Shown here: one piece after another, positions 37,885 to 51,600 of the stretch
Position numbering within the stretch: the stretch's first letter is position 1
How the letters are laid out: each line of letters begins with the position of its first letter
Assembly: GCF_902713615.1 (NCBI RefSeq)
Contig: NC_052156.1
Span: 127,596,407-127,660,406 of the forward strand
Length of the DNA: 64,000 nucleotides
Direction: 5' to 3'
Source: Scyliorhinus canicula
Taxonomy: Eukaryota
Notes under the pieces: generated by a model
Seen by the model: only the letters and a program-made list of their open reading frames with translations
Told to the model about the DNA's origin: nothing
The model's database searches: none
Program-made: the position numbers and the translations under genes

Positions 37885-37980
37885 TGTTTTGTTCTTCAAA
37901 CTGTTTTGTTCTTCAAACTGTTTTGTTCTTCAAACTGTTTTGTTCTTCAAACTGTTTTGTTCTTCAAACTGTTTTGTTCT
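37885..37980 (+). repeat. 17-bp tandem repeat (TTCTTCAAACTGTTTTG) about 5 copies in the GTSE1 3' UTR
   Basis: Direct reading of the sequence. Confidence 0.9.
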
Positions 37981-38207
37981 TGTGTGTGTATGTATGTATT
38001 TACTTTTGAATGCAAGTCTACAACTTCCTTGTTTCTAAATCGATGGATGGATTGAAAGAATGGGTCAGTATCCTTCCTTTAGATAACGCTGTCTCTTTGG
38101 ACCACAGATGATCTTAAAAGTAAATACCAGAGCACTTGCCATACTTTTCCTGGTAGTGAATTTTGTTTATTGTGACTTTGTTTTTAAACTGAAAGGTTAA
38201 TCAAATG

Positions 38208-38646
38208 AATAAAGGGGGGGTGGGGGGGAATAAAGTGTGAATTTGTACTAGTTACCTGATGCCCATTCCAATTTGTAATGTATAGATTTTGTTTTTGAAA
38301 TGTTTACGATCAAAGCTGAACCTAACCAGATGGTTAGAATACTATATTGTAGAAAATGGGTCCCTTTGCACTGCATTGGAAATATGGAAAGCTTTGTGTG
38401 TGGCTGTAGTATTATCTTGCTCACTTTCTCTAAGTCAAACGTTACATCTTTCACTGTGATCCTGTAATGAAAAGACAACTATGGTATAACATATGCAACA
38501 TTTATTAAAGTTATGTAAAATGCATTTACTTTTGTAAATAAAAGGAAAAAAATAAACTAGGCAGTACACATATATTAAAGTGAAGTTCTTTTTTTTTTTA
38601 AACCACAATTATTGGAAAACAAACCTTCTCAAATGTGCCAAATAAA
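38208..38646 (+). terminator. Cluster of GTSE1 polyadenylation signals
   Basis: AATAAA at 38208, 38229, 38537, 38551 and 38641, downstream of the stop at 37835. Confidence 0.55.
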
Positions 38647-39457
38647 CTATTTTCTAAACTCTGGCTTTGTTTCTTAGTGGTCGATTTGCAGGGCTGAAAG
38701 AGCTGGAAGCGAAGTGTGGGCTGGAGCAGGGGGCATAGACTTCAAAATTTATTGAACCAATTTTTTGGCTGATTTGAGATTGTAAATAGATACTGGGTGG
38801 GTGCTTGTAAATCTGTTGGGTTGCAGTCTCCGGAGGAGACTGAGCAACTGGAGTCAAGTGCAGTCCGATTTAGTGACTGTTGAGGGAAATCTGAAGCTTA
38901 ATTCTCAAATGAAGAAATTAAACCCTCCGAGTCAGACTTTGTGACTCGCTGTGTGGGTAAGTTGATGAAGAAAGTGTAGAAAGTCTTGGTTGTGTCTGCT
39001 ATTTAACGTGGAGTTAGTGGTGTATCTGACTGAATTTCTGTTAACTCCTGTTTACCTCATTAATTCTGGACAGGGGGGAATAGGTAAGATGTTAATTTTT
39101 TACTTTTATAAAAGTGAAATTTATTTTTCTTTAAAATCATGGATTCTTGTGGCTTTATTCTTATTGAGTAACTGATTTCAAATTTTGTCTACTTCCTGGT
39201 CCTTAACTAAATCATAACGAAGTTTGGGGGGTATGGTCTGGGATCATTCCCGTACCAGCCTACCCGGACAGGTACTGGAATGTGGCGACTAGGGGCTTTT
39301 CACAGTAACTTCATTGAAGCCTACTCGTGACGAGCGAATTTCATTTCATTTCATTATTGAGATTCCTCCCCCCTATTTAAACAAAAATCAAGGCCAGCTG
39401 TATGTTGGTGGTCATTTTTATTGTAGCTGTGTGACAACTTAAAATATCTTTGATTTT

Positions 39458-39696
39458 TTAATGAATAATATGACATAGTTCTTCAGGACTGACATTTCCT
39501 CCAGTTATTATGACCACAACAGTCTTTCCTTCAAGATTGATCTTCTCTCCGACAATAGCGGCAAAAGCAGCTGCTCCTGAGGGTTCCACAACCAAGCCAA
39601 TCTTGTATAGCATGGAAACGGCAGCTTTTATTTCATCATCTGAAACCAATAGGATTTCCTTCACATGTTGTTTGCAAATCTGGAATGAATTTGAAC
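39458..39696 (-). CDS. Serine racemase-like dehydratase last exon
   Basis: acaacag|GT TCA...; VSDDEI...VVEPSGAAAFAA...ITGGNVS...HIIH*; minus-strand AATAAA at 39417-39422. Confidence 0.93.
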
Positions 39697-42600
39697 CTGT
39701 TGTAAAATAAAATAAATTCTGAATGACTGCTAGATAAAATATTTCTACTAGTTTTAGTTTCTGGAGTCTTCGCTCTTGTATCTTTATGTTTTGATACCAT
39801 TTTATTTTTTTTCCCTTTCAATAGTTGCACTCTTCACTTTTACAATTCTGTTGCATTTAAACTACTTGCTTGTTGCAATTCTGATTTTGTAAATACTTAA
39901 TCAAAAACTACAGCTGGATATTTTCTGATTCACTTACCTGCAAATGGTGGAGCAAGTCCTGTGGCAATGCTCTTTGCATCCATAAACACTGGCTTATTTT
40001 CACAGAAACTTCTGTACATGGTGCAAGCTGATGATAGAGCAACATCGTGAAAGTGGTGCTTTCAAAATTCTTTTAACTGTTAAAATTAGACTCTGCTGAG
40101 ATAAAGTTTGTCACCTTCTTTTGGTTCCACTCCATATATATTTGTGGTTGTGCAGCCAGATAGTTTAAAGGCAGCAGCCACTCCTGCAAGCAAACCACCA
40201 CCTCCACAACAAACTGTCACCACATCAGGATTTGGAATTTCCTCCAGAATCTCCAGGCCAATGCTAATAAAATACAAAATGAGACAATCTGGGTTTAGAA
40301 TAGTTTGTTTTAATATTTTTTGAAGTAAAATGTTTTGCACAGTGGGAGCACTGGGGTCTCTCAGTGCTAGGGGCCTGTGTTTGATTCTGACTGTGGGGAG
40401 ACTGCCTGGGTGGAGTTTGCATATACTCCTAGTGTCTGTGGGGTTTTTTATTTGCCAGGGGCTCTGGTTTCCTCTCTCAGTGCAAGATTGTGTAAATTCA
40501 CCATGCTAAATTTCCCTTTTGGTGTCCAAAGATGTGGGGTTACAGGGAGCGGGCCTGGGTAGAATGTTCTTTCGGAAGGTCCGTGCAGACTCTATGCACT
40601 AAATGTGTGCTGCAGAATGAGATGTTACTATTAGAAGAATGTTTGTTGAATGCTTATTTATAGAGGGAATTAGCAGACCTTTAGAAAGCTGGTACCAAGT
40701 CATACTTGGTGAGATTAATTTCAAGACTTGGGAGCAGATTTAGGCCACTCAGTCCATCAAGTCTGCTCTATCGTTCAATCATGGCTGATCATTTTCTCAT
40801 CTCTGTTCTCCTGTCTTCTCCCCTGACCCCCTTATTAATCAAGAACATTTCTATCTCTGTATCTATCTCTGTCTTAAAGACACTCATTGGTGGCTTCTGC
40901 AGCAAAGCGTTCCACTGAGTCACCACCCTTTGGCTGAAGACATTTCTCCTGATCTGTTTTAAAGGATTCTCCCTTTAGTCTGTGGTTGAGCCCTCTGGTT
41001 CTAGTTTTTCCTACAAGTGGAAACATCCTTTCCACGTCCACTCTACCCAGGCCTTGCAGTATCCTTCTAAACCCCAACGGGTACAGACCAGAGTCCTCAA
41101 CTGATCCTCGTGACAAGCTCTTCATTCCAGGGATTATTCTTATAAGCCTCCTCTGGACCCTTTCCAAGGCTACCACATGCTTCCTTGGATACAGGGCTCA
41201 CAATACTCTGGATGGTATTGTTCTATTAAATATTCCTTTTCATTTATGAATAGTCAGGATTATTTCTCAACACAGCTAAGACATACGATGCACATTTTGC
41301 TAAATGATGGAATAATTATCCTGTATGTGTGTTAACTTTGAGACCACGTGTGAAGGTCAATCCTTCTCCCAATTGAGGAAGGAGTACTAGACCCAACATA
41401 ATCAATTATTCTATGGGGTTGGAAGAGGAGTGAATAAGACATCTTGGCCTCAGCGATGCAGCAAATGTGTTTTTTTTTCAATCCCCAGGTTGGAATTTGA
41501 TTTTTACCTTCCATGGCCAGCAATCAAATCTATGTCATCAAAAGGATGCAAGAAAATCATTTTTTGATCCTTAACAAGTTGTTCCACAGTAGGCATTAAT
41601 GACTTGGCTGGCATCTGCTCAACGTCTACACCATAACTCTAGGTTGTAATATAAAAATGCACAGTATTAATATTGCTGATTTATAATACACACCATAAAG
41701 AATAACTCCGAGCCTCAATTAGTGTGCGACATGTTCCTCGACTAATGTTATAAAAATAGTAATACTTACAAAGTATACTTTTACTCTTCAAAAGCTGAGA
41801 ACCTAACAGGTTAGTAATGCTGCATTTCATGTTGATTATAATTTTGAGGTGGTTTAATGACATCACTATAAGTTTGAATGTGATGATGTTTGTTTAATAC
41901 AAGTTCAAATACACGCAGACAAAACAGGTTACCCAGAAGAACATGAAAATGTTTTACCAATTTGTAACTCTTAATACATTTGTATCTTTAAAAAGATGGG
42001 GGAATAAGTGTTAATCCACCACCACGTTTCATGACATTGCATCAATTTTTGCACTTTGAAAAAGTGCAATGGTACCAGAAACCAAGACCGAGATTTTGTG
42101 CTCTAGTCCACAGTGGGTGTGAATGGCGACGGAAGCGTGCATATCACAAGAGGTGCTGAACTGAACCTGCCAGAGGCATTCGGACGAGTGCATCGCTCAG
42201 GGGGAAGAGGGTCATGGCTGGGGACAGCCCTGGCAAAGGCAGTGCTGATTGGGGGTAGTCTAGTTTTATTTCTATGGTATTGGGCCGCCCTTTTAAAAAC
42301 AGCATCCTGATGTTTTAAAACTCAAGTTGATGGCTGGGTCTGCCCTGCCAGCCATTGAGGGACCGGCCCCTTCACTTTTTTCTGACTATCAGCTGAGTGA
42401 TCAGCTGCCGTTGGGCCTGGCGTTTTCCCCCTCCAGCTGCACCATTCTCCTGGAAACTAGGAAAAATCTGCTCTTAAATTGGAAGCAAAATAGTTGAGGT
42501 GCTTGAAATCAGAAATAGAAACAAAGTGCTGGAAATACTCCGGTCTGGCAGCATCTGTGGAGAGAGGTAGAGAGTTATAGGGCTGGATTCTTCGCACCCC

Positions 42601-45600
42601 AGTGCCGGGGCGTAGAATCCGTTTTCCCGCATGAAATTGGGACCACTGCCAGATCTGTAATTCTCCGGCCCCCCGAAAAGCGGCATACTCTTTTTAAAAA
42701 TCATTTTTATTGAAATTTTTACAAAATATAAACATCACAACTATATTAACAAAACAACCGTGGTAACAACCCAAGAACAGCGCCCACCCATCTTCAAACG
42801 CAACTACAAACAAAAGAAAAAACAAAAGAACACCCAAACAACAAAAGGGAAAGAAATAACACCCGCCACATCCCACAAACCCATGTACACAGTTCTCCCT
42901 CCCACCGAACAAGACCCCTCCTCCCCCCCGGGTTGCTGCTGCTGCCGGCCTATTTCCCTACTGTTCCGCCAGGAAGTCCACGAAAGGCTGCCACCACCTA
43001 AAGAACCCTTGTACTGATCCCCTCAGGGCAAACTGCACCTTCTCCATAGAACATAGAACAGTACAGCACAGAACAGGCCCTTCGGCCCTCGATGTTGTGC
43101 CGAGCAATGATCACCCTACTCAAACCCACGTATCCACCCTATACCCGTAACCCAACAACCCCCCCCCCCCCAACCTTACTTTTCAGGACACTACAGGCAA
43201 TTTAGCATGGCCAATCCACCTAACCCGCACATCTTTGGACTGTGGGAGGAAACCGGAGCACCCGGAGGAAACCCACGCACACACGGGGAGGACGTGCAGA
43301 CTCCGCACAGACAGTGACCCAGCCGGGAATCGAACCTGGGACCCTGGAGCTGTAATGAACCCAGCCATATCATTGATCCAGGCCTCCACGCTTGTGGGGC
43401 CTCGCATCCTTCCATTGGAGCAAGATCCTCCGCCGGGCTACTAGGGACGCAAAGGCCAGAACACCGGCCTCTTTCGCCTCCTGCACTCCTGGCTCCACTG
43501 CAACCCCAAAAATTGCGAGTCCCCAGCCTGGCTTGACCCTGGATCCCACCACCCTCGACACCATCCTTGCTACCCCCTTCCAAAACTCCCCCAGTGCTGG
43601 GCATGCCCAAAACATATGGGCATGGTTCGCTGGCCCCCCCCCCCCCCCCCCCCCCGAGCACCTAGCACACCTGTCTTCGCCCCCGAAAAACCTACTCATT
43701 CTCGTCTCAGTCATGTGGGCCCTATGCAGCACCTTGAACTGTATGAGGCTAAGCCTCACACCGGAAGAGCAGGAATTCACCCTCTCCAGGGCATCCGCCC
43801 ACGTCCCCTCCTCAATCTCCTCACCCAGCTCCTCTTCCCATTTACCCTTCAGTTCCTCCACCAAGGCCTCGTCTACCTCCTGCATCACCCGGTATATGTC
43901 CGAAATCCTCCCTCCTACAACCCACACCCCCGAGAGCACCCTGTCCCGCACCCCACGTGGGGGCAGCAAGGGGAACCCCTCCACCTGCAGCCTGGCAAAC
44001 GCCCTCACCTGCATGTACCTAAACATGTTCCCCGGGGGGAGCCCAAACTTCCCCTCTAACTCCCCCAAGCTCACGAACCTCCCCTCCACAAACAGGTCCC
44101 TCAACCCTATGCCAGCCCAGAGATCCGCCATCAATGCTCCCTGGGACAAACCGATGGTTCCCCGTAATGGGTCCTCCATCGAGCCCCCCACTTCTCCCCT
44201 ATGCCGTCTCCATTGCCCCCACATTTTGAGGGTAGCCGCCACCACCGGGCTTGTGGTATACCTCGTTGGAGGGAGCGGCAACGGCGCCGTTACCAGCGCC
44301 TCCAGGCTCGTGCCCACACATGACGCCACCTCCATCCTCTTCCATGCTGCCCCTTCCTCATCCATTACCCACTTATGCGCCATCGCTGTGTTGGCAGCCC
44401 AATAGTACCCACAGAGGTTGGGCAACGCCAGCCCCCCCCTATCCCTGCCCCGTTCCAGGAACACTCTTCTCACCCTCGGAGTCCCATGCGCCCACACAAA
44501 TCCCGTGATACTCCTGTTGACCCTCCTAAAAAGGCCTTCGGGATAAGGATGGGGAGGCACTGGAACAGGAACAAAAACCTCGGGAGCACCGTCATCTTAA
44601 CACACTGCACCCTCCCCACCAGTGACAGCGGTAACATATCCCACCTCTTAAACTCCTCCTCCATCTGCTCCACCAACCTTGTGAGGTTGAGCTTGTGCAG
44701 GGCCCCCCAACTCCCAGCCACCTGGACCCCTCGGTACCTGAAGCTCTTCCCTGCCTGCTTCAGTGGGAGCCTACCAATCCCCTCCTCCTGATCCCCCGGA
44801 TGCACCACAAACAACTCACTCTTGCCCAGTTTCAACTTATACCCAGAGAAACCCCTGAATTCACTAAGAATCCTCATCACCTCCGGCATCCCCCCCCCCC
44901 CCCACAACCGGGTCCGCCACATACAGCAACAGGTCGTCCGCATAAAGCGACACTCTATGTTCCTCCCCACCCCGCACCAGGCCCCTCCAGTTCCCTGACT
45001 CCCTCAACGCCATGGCCAGGGGCTCAATCGCCAACGCGAAGAGCAAGGGGGCCTGTTTCGTCCCCCGATGCAGCCGAAAGTACTCCGACCTCCTCCTATT
45101 TGTGGCTACACTCACCATCGGGGCCTCGTAGAGCAGCCTCACCCAACGGATAAACCCCTCCCCAAACCCAAACCGCTCCAACACCTCCCACAGATACTCC
45201 CACTCAACCCTATCAAAGGCCTTCTCCGCATCCAATGCCACCACTATCTCCGCCTCCCCTTCCACAGCCGGCATCATAATAACGTTGAGGAGCTTTCGCA
45301 CGTTCGTATTCAACTGCCTTCCCTTCACAAACCCCGTCTGGTCCTCATGAATGACCCCGGGCACGCAATCCTCTATTCTTGTGGCTAGGATCTTTGCCAG
45401 CAGCTTAGCGTCGGCATTTAGCAGTGAAATCGGCCTATATGACCCGCACTGCAGAGGGTCCTTGTCCCACTTCAGGATCAAGGAAAACAGTGCCCGTGAC
45501 ATAGTTGGCTCGTTAAAGGTCCGGACCAACAGGGAGCCCAACAGGTCCATATACCTTTTATAAAATTCCACCGGAAACCCATCCGGCCCCGGCGCCATCC

Positions 45601-48600
45601 CCGACTGCATGCTCCCTATCCCTTTAACCACCTCCTCCAGCTCGATCGGTGCCCCCAGTCCTTCCACCTGCTCCTCCTCCACTCTCGGGAATCGCAGCTT
45701 GCCCAAGAAGCGCCCCATTCCACCCCCCTCCACCGGGGGTTCCGACCGGTACAGTTCCCCATAGAAGTCCCTGAAGACTCCTTTAACATCTACCCCACTC
45801 CGCACCACCTTCCCAGCTTTATCCGTCACTCCCCCAATCTCCGTGGCCGCGAACCGCTTTCGGAGCTGGTGTGCCAGCATCCTGCTCGCCTTCTCCCCAT
45901 ACTCATACACCGCCCCCTGTGCTTTCCTCCACTGAGCTTCCGCCTTTCTGGTAGTCAATAGGTCGAACCTGGCCTGAAGGCTACGCCTCTCCCCAGCAAT
46001 CCCTCTTCTGGAGCCTCCGCATATCTCCTATCCACCCTCACCATCTCCCCTATCAGTCGCTCCCTCTCCCTCTGCTCCACCCTCTCCCTATGGGTTCGGA
46101 TGAAGATCAATTCCCCTCTAGTCACCGCCTTCAATGCCTCCCAGACCGTCCCCACTCGGACCTCCCCGTTGTCGTTGGCCTCAGGGTACCTCTCGATACA
46201 CCCCCGAACCCTCTCGGCCACCTCCTCGTCTGCCAGCAGCCCCACCTCCAAGCGCCAGAGCGGATGTTGGTCCCTCCCTTCCCCCAGCCCGAGGTCCACC
46301 CAGTGCGGGGCATGATCTGAAATGGCAATGGCAGAGTATTCCACATTCTCCACCCTCAAAACCAGCCCCCTGCTCAGGATAAAGAAATCAATCCTCGAAT
46401 AGGCCTTACGTACGTGGGAGAAAAACGAGTACTCCCTGGCCCTTGGCCTCGCAAACCTCCAGGGATCCACCGCCCCCCATCTGGTCCATAAATCCCCTCA
46501 ACACCTTAGCCGCCGCTGGCCTCCTACCCGTCCGGGACTTGGATCGAACCAATGGGGGATCCAGTACCGTGTTGAAGTCCCCCCCCCATGATCAGGCCCC
46601 CCACCTCCAGATCCGGAATGCGGCCCAACATACGCCGCATAAACCCCGCATCGTCCCAATTTGGGGCGTAAACATTCACCAACACCACCCGCTCCCCCTG
46701 CAGCTTACCACTCACCATCACATACCTCCCGCCACTGTCAGCCACCACATTTAACGCCTCAAACGACACCTTCTTCCCCACCAGGATCGCCACCCCCCCG
46801 ACTCTTCTCATCCAGCCCTGAGTGAAATACTTGGCTCACCCATCCCTTCCTCAGCCGAACCTGGTCCACCACTCTCAGGTGTGTCTCCTGGAGCATGGCC
46901 ACATCCGCCTTTAGCCCCTTCAGGTGCGCAAACACCTGGGCCCGTTTGACCGGCCCATTCGGCCCACTCACATTCCAGGTTATCAGCCGGATCAGAGGGC
47001 TCCCTGCCCCCCTTCCCTGCTGATTAGCCATAACCCATCCCTTGCGCACCACCGGCCAGAGTCCCCCGCTCTGCCAGTTCCCCATGGCGGCAACCCCCCC
47101 CCCCCCCCCACCCCCTCCAGCACCCCCTGCATCCTCCAGCTCCTTCCTGACCATTTCAGCAGCAACCCGGTACCCCCCCCCCCCCTCCCCCCAGGCTAAG
47201 ACCCCTCCTAGCCGTGCCCCTCCCTCGTGAGCACCCCCGTGAGCCAGCTAACTTCTGCTGACCCCGGCGACTCCCGCCCTACCTCCGACTCCTCCCCACG
47301 TGGGACTACCCCTCCTCCATTGTGCTCGTCAACGGATCCTCCTCCCCCCCCCCCCCCCCACCCTTGCGTGGGAAAAGAAAACAGCCAGCAACGACCCGCG
47401 TTTCTCAGCCCCGACTCCGCCCCCACCATCTCCCAGCGCGGGAAACCCGAAAAAAGCCCGCGCTTTCGCCCTGCCCAGCCCCGCCTCCTCTAGGGCAACT
47501 CCCATTGTCAGTCCCCCCCACCAGCTCCCCGAACTCCCCGTTTACCCCCCTGCCCGAACCCCTCCGCCAGACCCATACAGAAAAACCCATATAGAAAAGA
47601 CATATCGACATCACCCCACCCACCCTAAGGCCAACCCACATCTTACATTAAACCAAGCAAATACAAATACAAATACAGTATTATACAGCATCCCCCCTCT
47701 TAGACCCTCAGTTTGAGTCCAGTTTCTCGGCCTGCACAAAGGCCCACGCCTCCTCCAGGGACTCAAAATAATGGTGCCGATCCTTATAGGTGACCCACAG
47801 ACGCGCCGGCTGCAACATGCCGAACTTCACGTTCCGTCTGTGGAGCACCGCCTTCGTCCGGTTAAACCCGGCCCTCCGCTTCGCCACCTCCGCACTCCAG
47901 TCCTGGAAGATCCGCACCTCCGTGTTCTCCCACTTGCTGCTCCGCTCCTTCTTGGCCCACCGGAGCACACACTCACGATCCACGAACCGATGAAACCGCA
48001 CCAACACCGCCCGCGGCGGCTCGTTCGGCTTGGGCCTCCTAGCCAGAATTCTGTGGGACCCCTCTAACTCCAGGGGCCCCTGGAAGGACTCAGCCCCCAT
48101 CAGCGAGTTTAACATAACAACCACATAGGCCGCCAGGTCCGACCCCTCCAGCCCCTCCGTGAGGCCCAGGATCCGCAAATTCTTCCGCCTCGAGCGGTTG
48201 TCCAGCTCCTCGAACCGCTCCTGCCATCTTTTATGGAGCGCCTCGTGCTCCATAAATATTCTGATACTTGCTGAGGTTGAGATTGATAAGATTTCCACCT
48301 TTTCTTGAAAGGGAAGCTCTGACCTGGAGTGATTTCCAAAAAAAAAATCAAGGTTCTGTGGCTAGGTTAAAAGCAATCATAGAGACATTGGAGTTAGAAT
48401 TAAAAGCAGGGGCTAAGAAGGCTGACATAATTGAGTTAATAGTATAGCACCTGAAATTGGAAGAAGTTAATCCAGATGTTAATTCAGTTACAGATGAAGC
48501 AGCTTGAGATAAAAAGCTCAAACTGGAAAAAGAAAGAGAAATTAAGTGAATTTGAACTCCAGAGAGAGAGAGGGAGAGAAAAATCCGATAGCATGGACTG

Positions 48601-51600
48601 GCCAGAGAAAAGCGTTGGTCACTGGGTGATCTTAGATCTAACAGAGTCTTCACCCATTACCTAAGTTCAATGAAGACTGAGTTTGGAGATATTTATGCTC
48701 ACTTGAAAAAGTGATTATAATGTTAAAGTGGCTGAAGGTACACATGGATTTTCATTTCATAAAGTGTTTTAGTCGGGAAGGCTATAGATGTATATTCTAG
48801 TCTTTTAGAACAACCCTCAGGTTATGAGGGAGTTAAAACTCCAGTCATTGCGCTTTATAGACAAGCTTGTAAGCATTATCAGTTGAAATTTCAGACTTAA
48901 AGGAAAGACTGAAGTATTTGGACAATTTACTTGGGGAGATAGAAATATTTTTTTACAAATGATTTTAATCAGTGAAGGTAGCTCTTTCTCATTTTCAAAG
49001 GGTTGTTCCAATAATACTGAGAATATCAAAACAGCATCCCGATAGCTATTGGGTCACATCTGGAAGAGGGTTTCTAAGGTACAGAAAGCACCAACTCTGC
49101 CAGATATATATGATAGTCCTCACAGACGGTTAGGGGTTAAAAGGTTATCACAAGGTCACAAGGAAGCTGGAGAAATGGCAAATTTGGTAATGGGAAAAGT
49201 GTTTTCTTTAGATAAAGACAGGTGTGGGTCAAGTTAGCAGAAGTGCTAACTTAGAACCTATTAGTTAAGTATTATTTTTCCACTGAAATAAACCTGTACA
49301 TGTCAAAATGACTTGTTGGAAGCTAAGAGGTAAATCAGTTGCAGTAGAAGGGATGTTTAAGGAGTCTTCAGAAAAGACTATCATAACAGGAAATTTATTA
49401 AAACTGTGGCACTGGAATAAGTGCAGCGTTCCTACAGAACCTACTAGAAAGGAGAACATGGCTCAGGATCGTTATGGAAATTCTTTGAACACTGCCAATG
49501 TGAGGCCAGTTGCTGAGTAATGGATGTGAGCTCATTTAACATACTCATCATCAACAACTTGCATTTAAACTGCATCTCTAAACATTCCAAACTATTTATC
49601 AATATACATCAATACACGAACGAAAGGGCACCCAGATTATAAGATCACTAAGGGTGTCAAGGTGGCACAATGGTTAGCACTGTTGCCTCAGCCCCAGGGA
49701 CCCGGGTTCACTTGCAGCTTTCGGTGATTGTTTATATGGAGTTTGCACGTTCTCTGTGTCTGTGTGGGTTTTCTCCAGGTGCTCTGGTTTTCTCCCACAG
49801 TCCAAAGATGTGCAGGTTAACTGGGGTAACGGGGATAGGGAGCTTAGGTAGGGTACTCTTTTGGAGGGTTGGTGCAAACGCGATGGGCCAAATGGCCTCC
49901 ACTGTAGGGAGACATCAATTCCATTTGAGCCAAGGTTACTATCTTCTAATCTGTGTTACTGCAAATGGTCTCTATACGTTACCTCCTAGATGCTATATTT
50001 GACACTGCAAAGTTATCTTTGGGGAACTGCAAGAGGGGAAATATACCGTAAATGGTAAAGTTCTTGGGAATATAGAAAGTCTACTTTGGTGCCGCGTCAT
50101 GCTCTCGGCCGGACCTGGAAAAGTTCATCAACTTCGCTTCCAGTTTCCACCCCTCCATCACTTTCACCTGGTCCATCTCAGACACTTCCCTTCCCTTCCT
50201 TGATCTTTCTGTCTCCATTTCCTGCAATAGACTATCCACTAATATCCACTACAAGCCCATTGACTCCCACAGCTATCTGGACTACAGCTCTTCACACCCT
50301 TCACCCTGTAAGGACTCCATCCCTTTCTCTCAACTCCTTCGCCTGTCGCATTTGTTCCGACAATGCCACTTTCCAAAATGGTGCTTCAAAAATGTGTTCC
50401 TTCTTCCTCGACCGTGATTTCCCACCTACAGTTGTGGACAGGGCCCTCAACAGTGTGCGGTCCATCTCCCAGGCCACCACCCTCGCCCCCTCCACTCCCT
50501 CCCAGAACAAGGATAGAGTCCCCCTTGTTCTCACATTTCATCCCACCAGCCTCCGTATGCAAAGCATAATCCTCTGCCATTTTCGCCAACTCCAGCGTGA
50601 TGCCACCACCAAACACGTCTTCCCTTCACTCCCTCTATCAGCATTCCGCAGAGACCGTTCCCTCCGAGACAATCTAGTCCACTCCTCCACCATACCCAGT
50701 ACCTCTCCCATCACCCATGGCACCTTCCCATGCAATCGCAGAAGGTGTAACACCTGCCCCGTTACCTCTTCCATGCTTAACACCCCAGGCCCAAAACACT
50801 CATTCCAGGTTAAGCAGGGTTTCACTTGCACCTCTTTCAATCTGGTCTACTGCATTCGCTGCTCCCAATGTGGTCTCCTCTATATCGGAGAGACCAAACG
50901 CAGACTGCGTGATCGCTTTGCTGAGCATCTTCGGTCTGTGCGCATTCAGGATCCTGACCTTCCTGTTGCTTGCCATTTTAACAAAAGACCTTGCTCCCAT
51001 GCCCACATGTCTGTTCTTGGCCTACTGCAGTGTCCCAGTGAAGCGCAACGCAAACTGGAGCAACAACATCTCATCTTCCGGTTAGGCACACTACAGCTTT
51101 CCGGCCTGAACATCAAATTCAACAACTTCAGATGATCAGCCCCACCTCGATCCATTTGTTTTCATTTCATTTTAACTGTCTTTTACCATTTCTTTCTTTC
51201 TTAATATATATTTAATTTCTCCCCCCCCCAATCTTATCCACCTTTCCTGCACCTTTCTCCTCTTTGCTTCCCCCTTCCTCTCTTCCCACACCTACAGTTC
51301 ATCCTCTGATGTTAGTTTCCCTGCTGTTTGACATTTCACATCTTTTGTCCTCCCTGGGGACTGCCATTAACATCCTTTCTCCTTGGTATCTGTGGCCATT
51401 AGCACCCAGTTTCCCTGGGTTTCTGTGGCTATGACTCATGAGGGGCTATTTAGCTCACAGGGCTAATCGCTGGCTTTGAAAGCAGACCAAGGCAAGCCAG
51501 CAGCACGGTTCAATTCCCGTAACAGCCTCCCTGAACAGGCGCCGGAATGTGGCGACTAGGGGCTTTTCACAGTAACTTCATTGAAGCCTACTCGTGACAA

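Noticed and set aside
37835-39458. Overlapping 3' UTRs of GTSE1 and the dehydratase gene
   Set aside because: The minus-strand gene has AATAAA about 36 nt after its stop, and the GTSE1 signals end by 38646, so no overlap is required.
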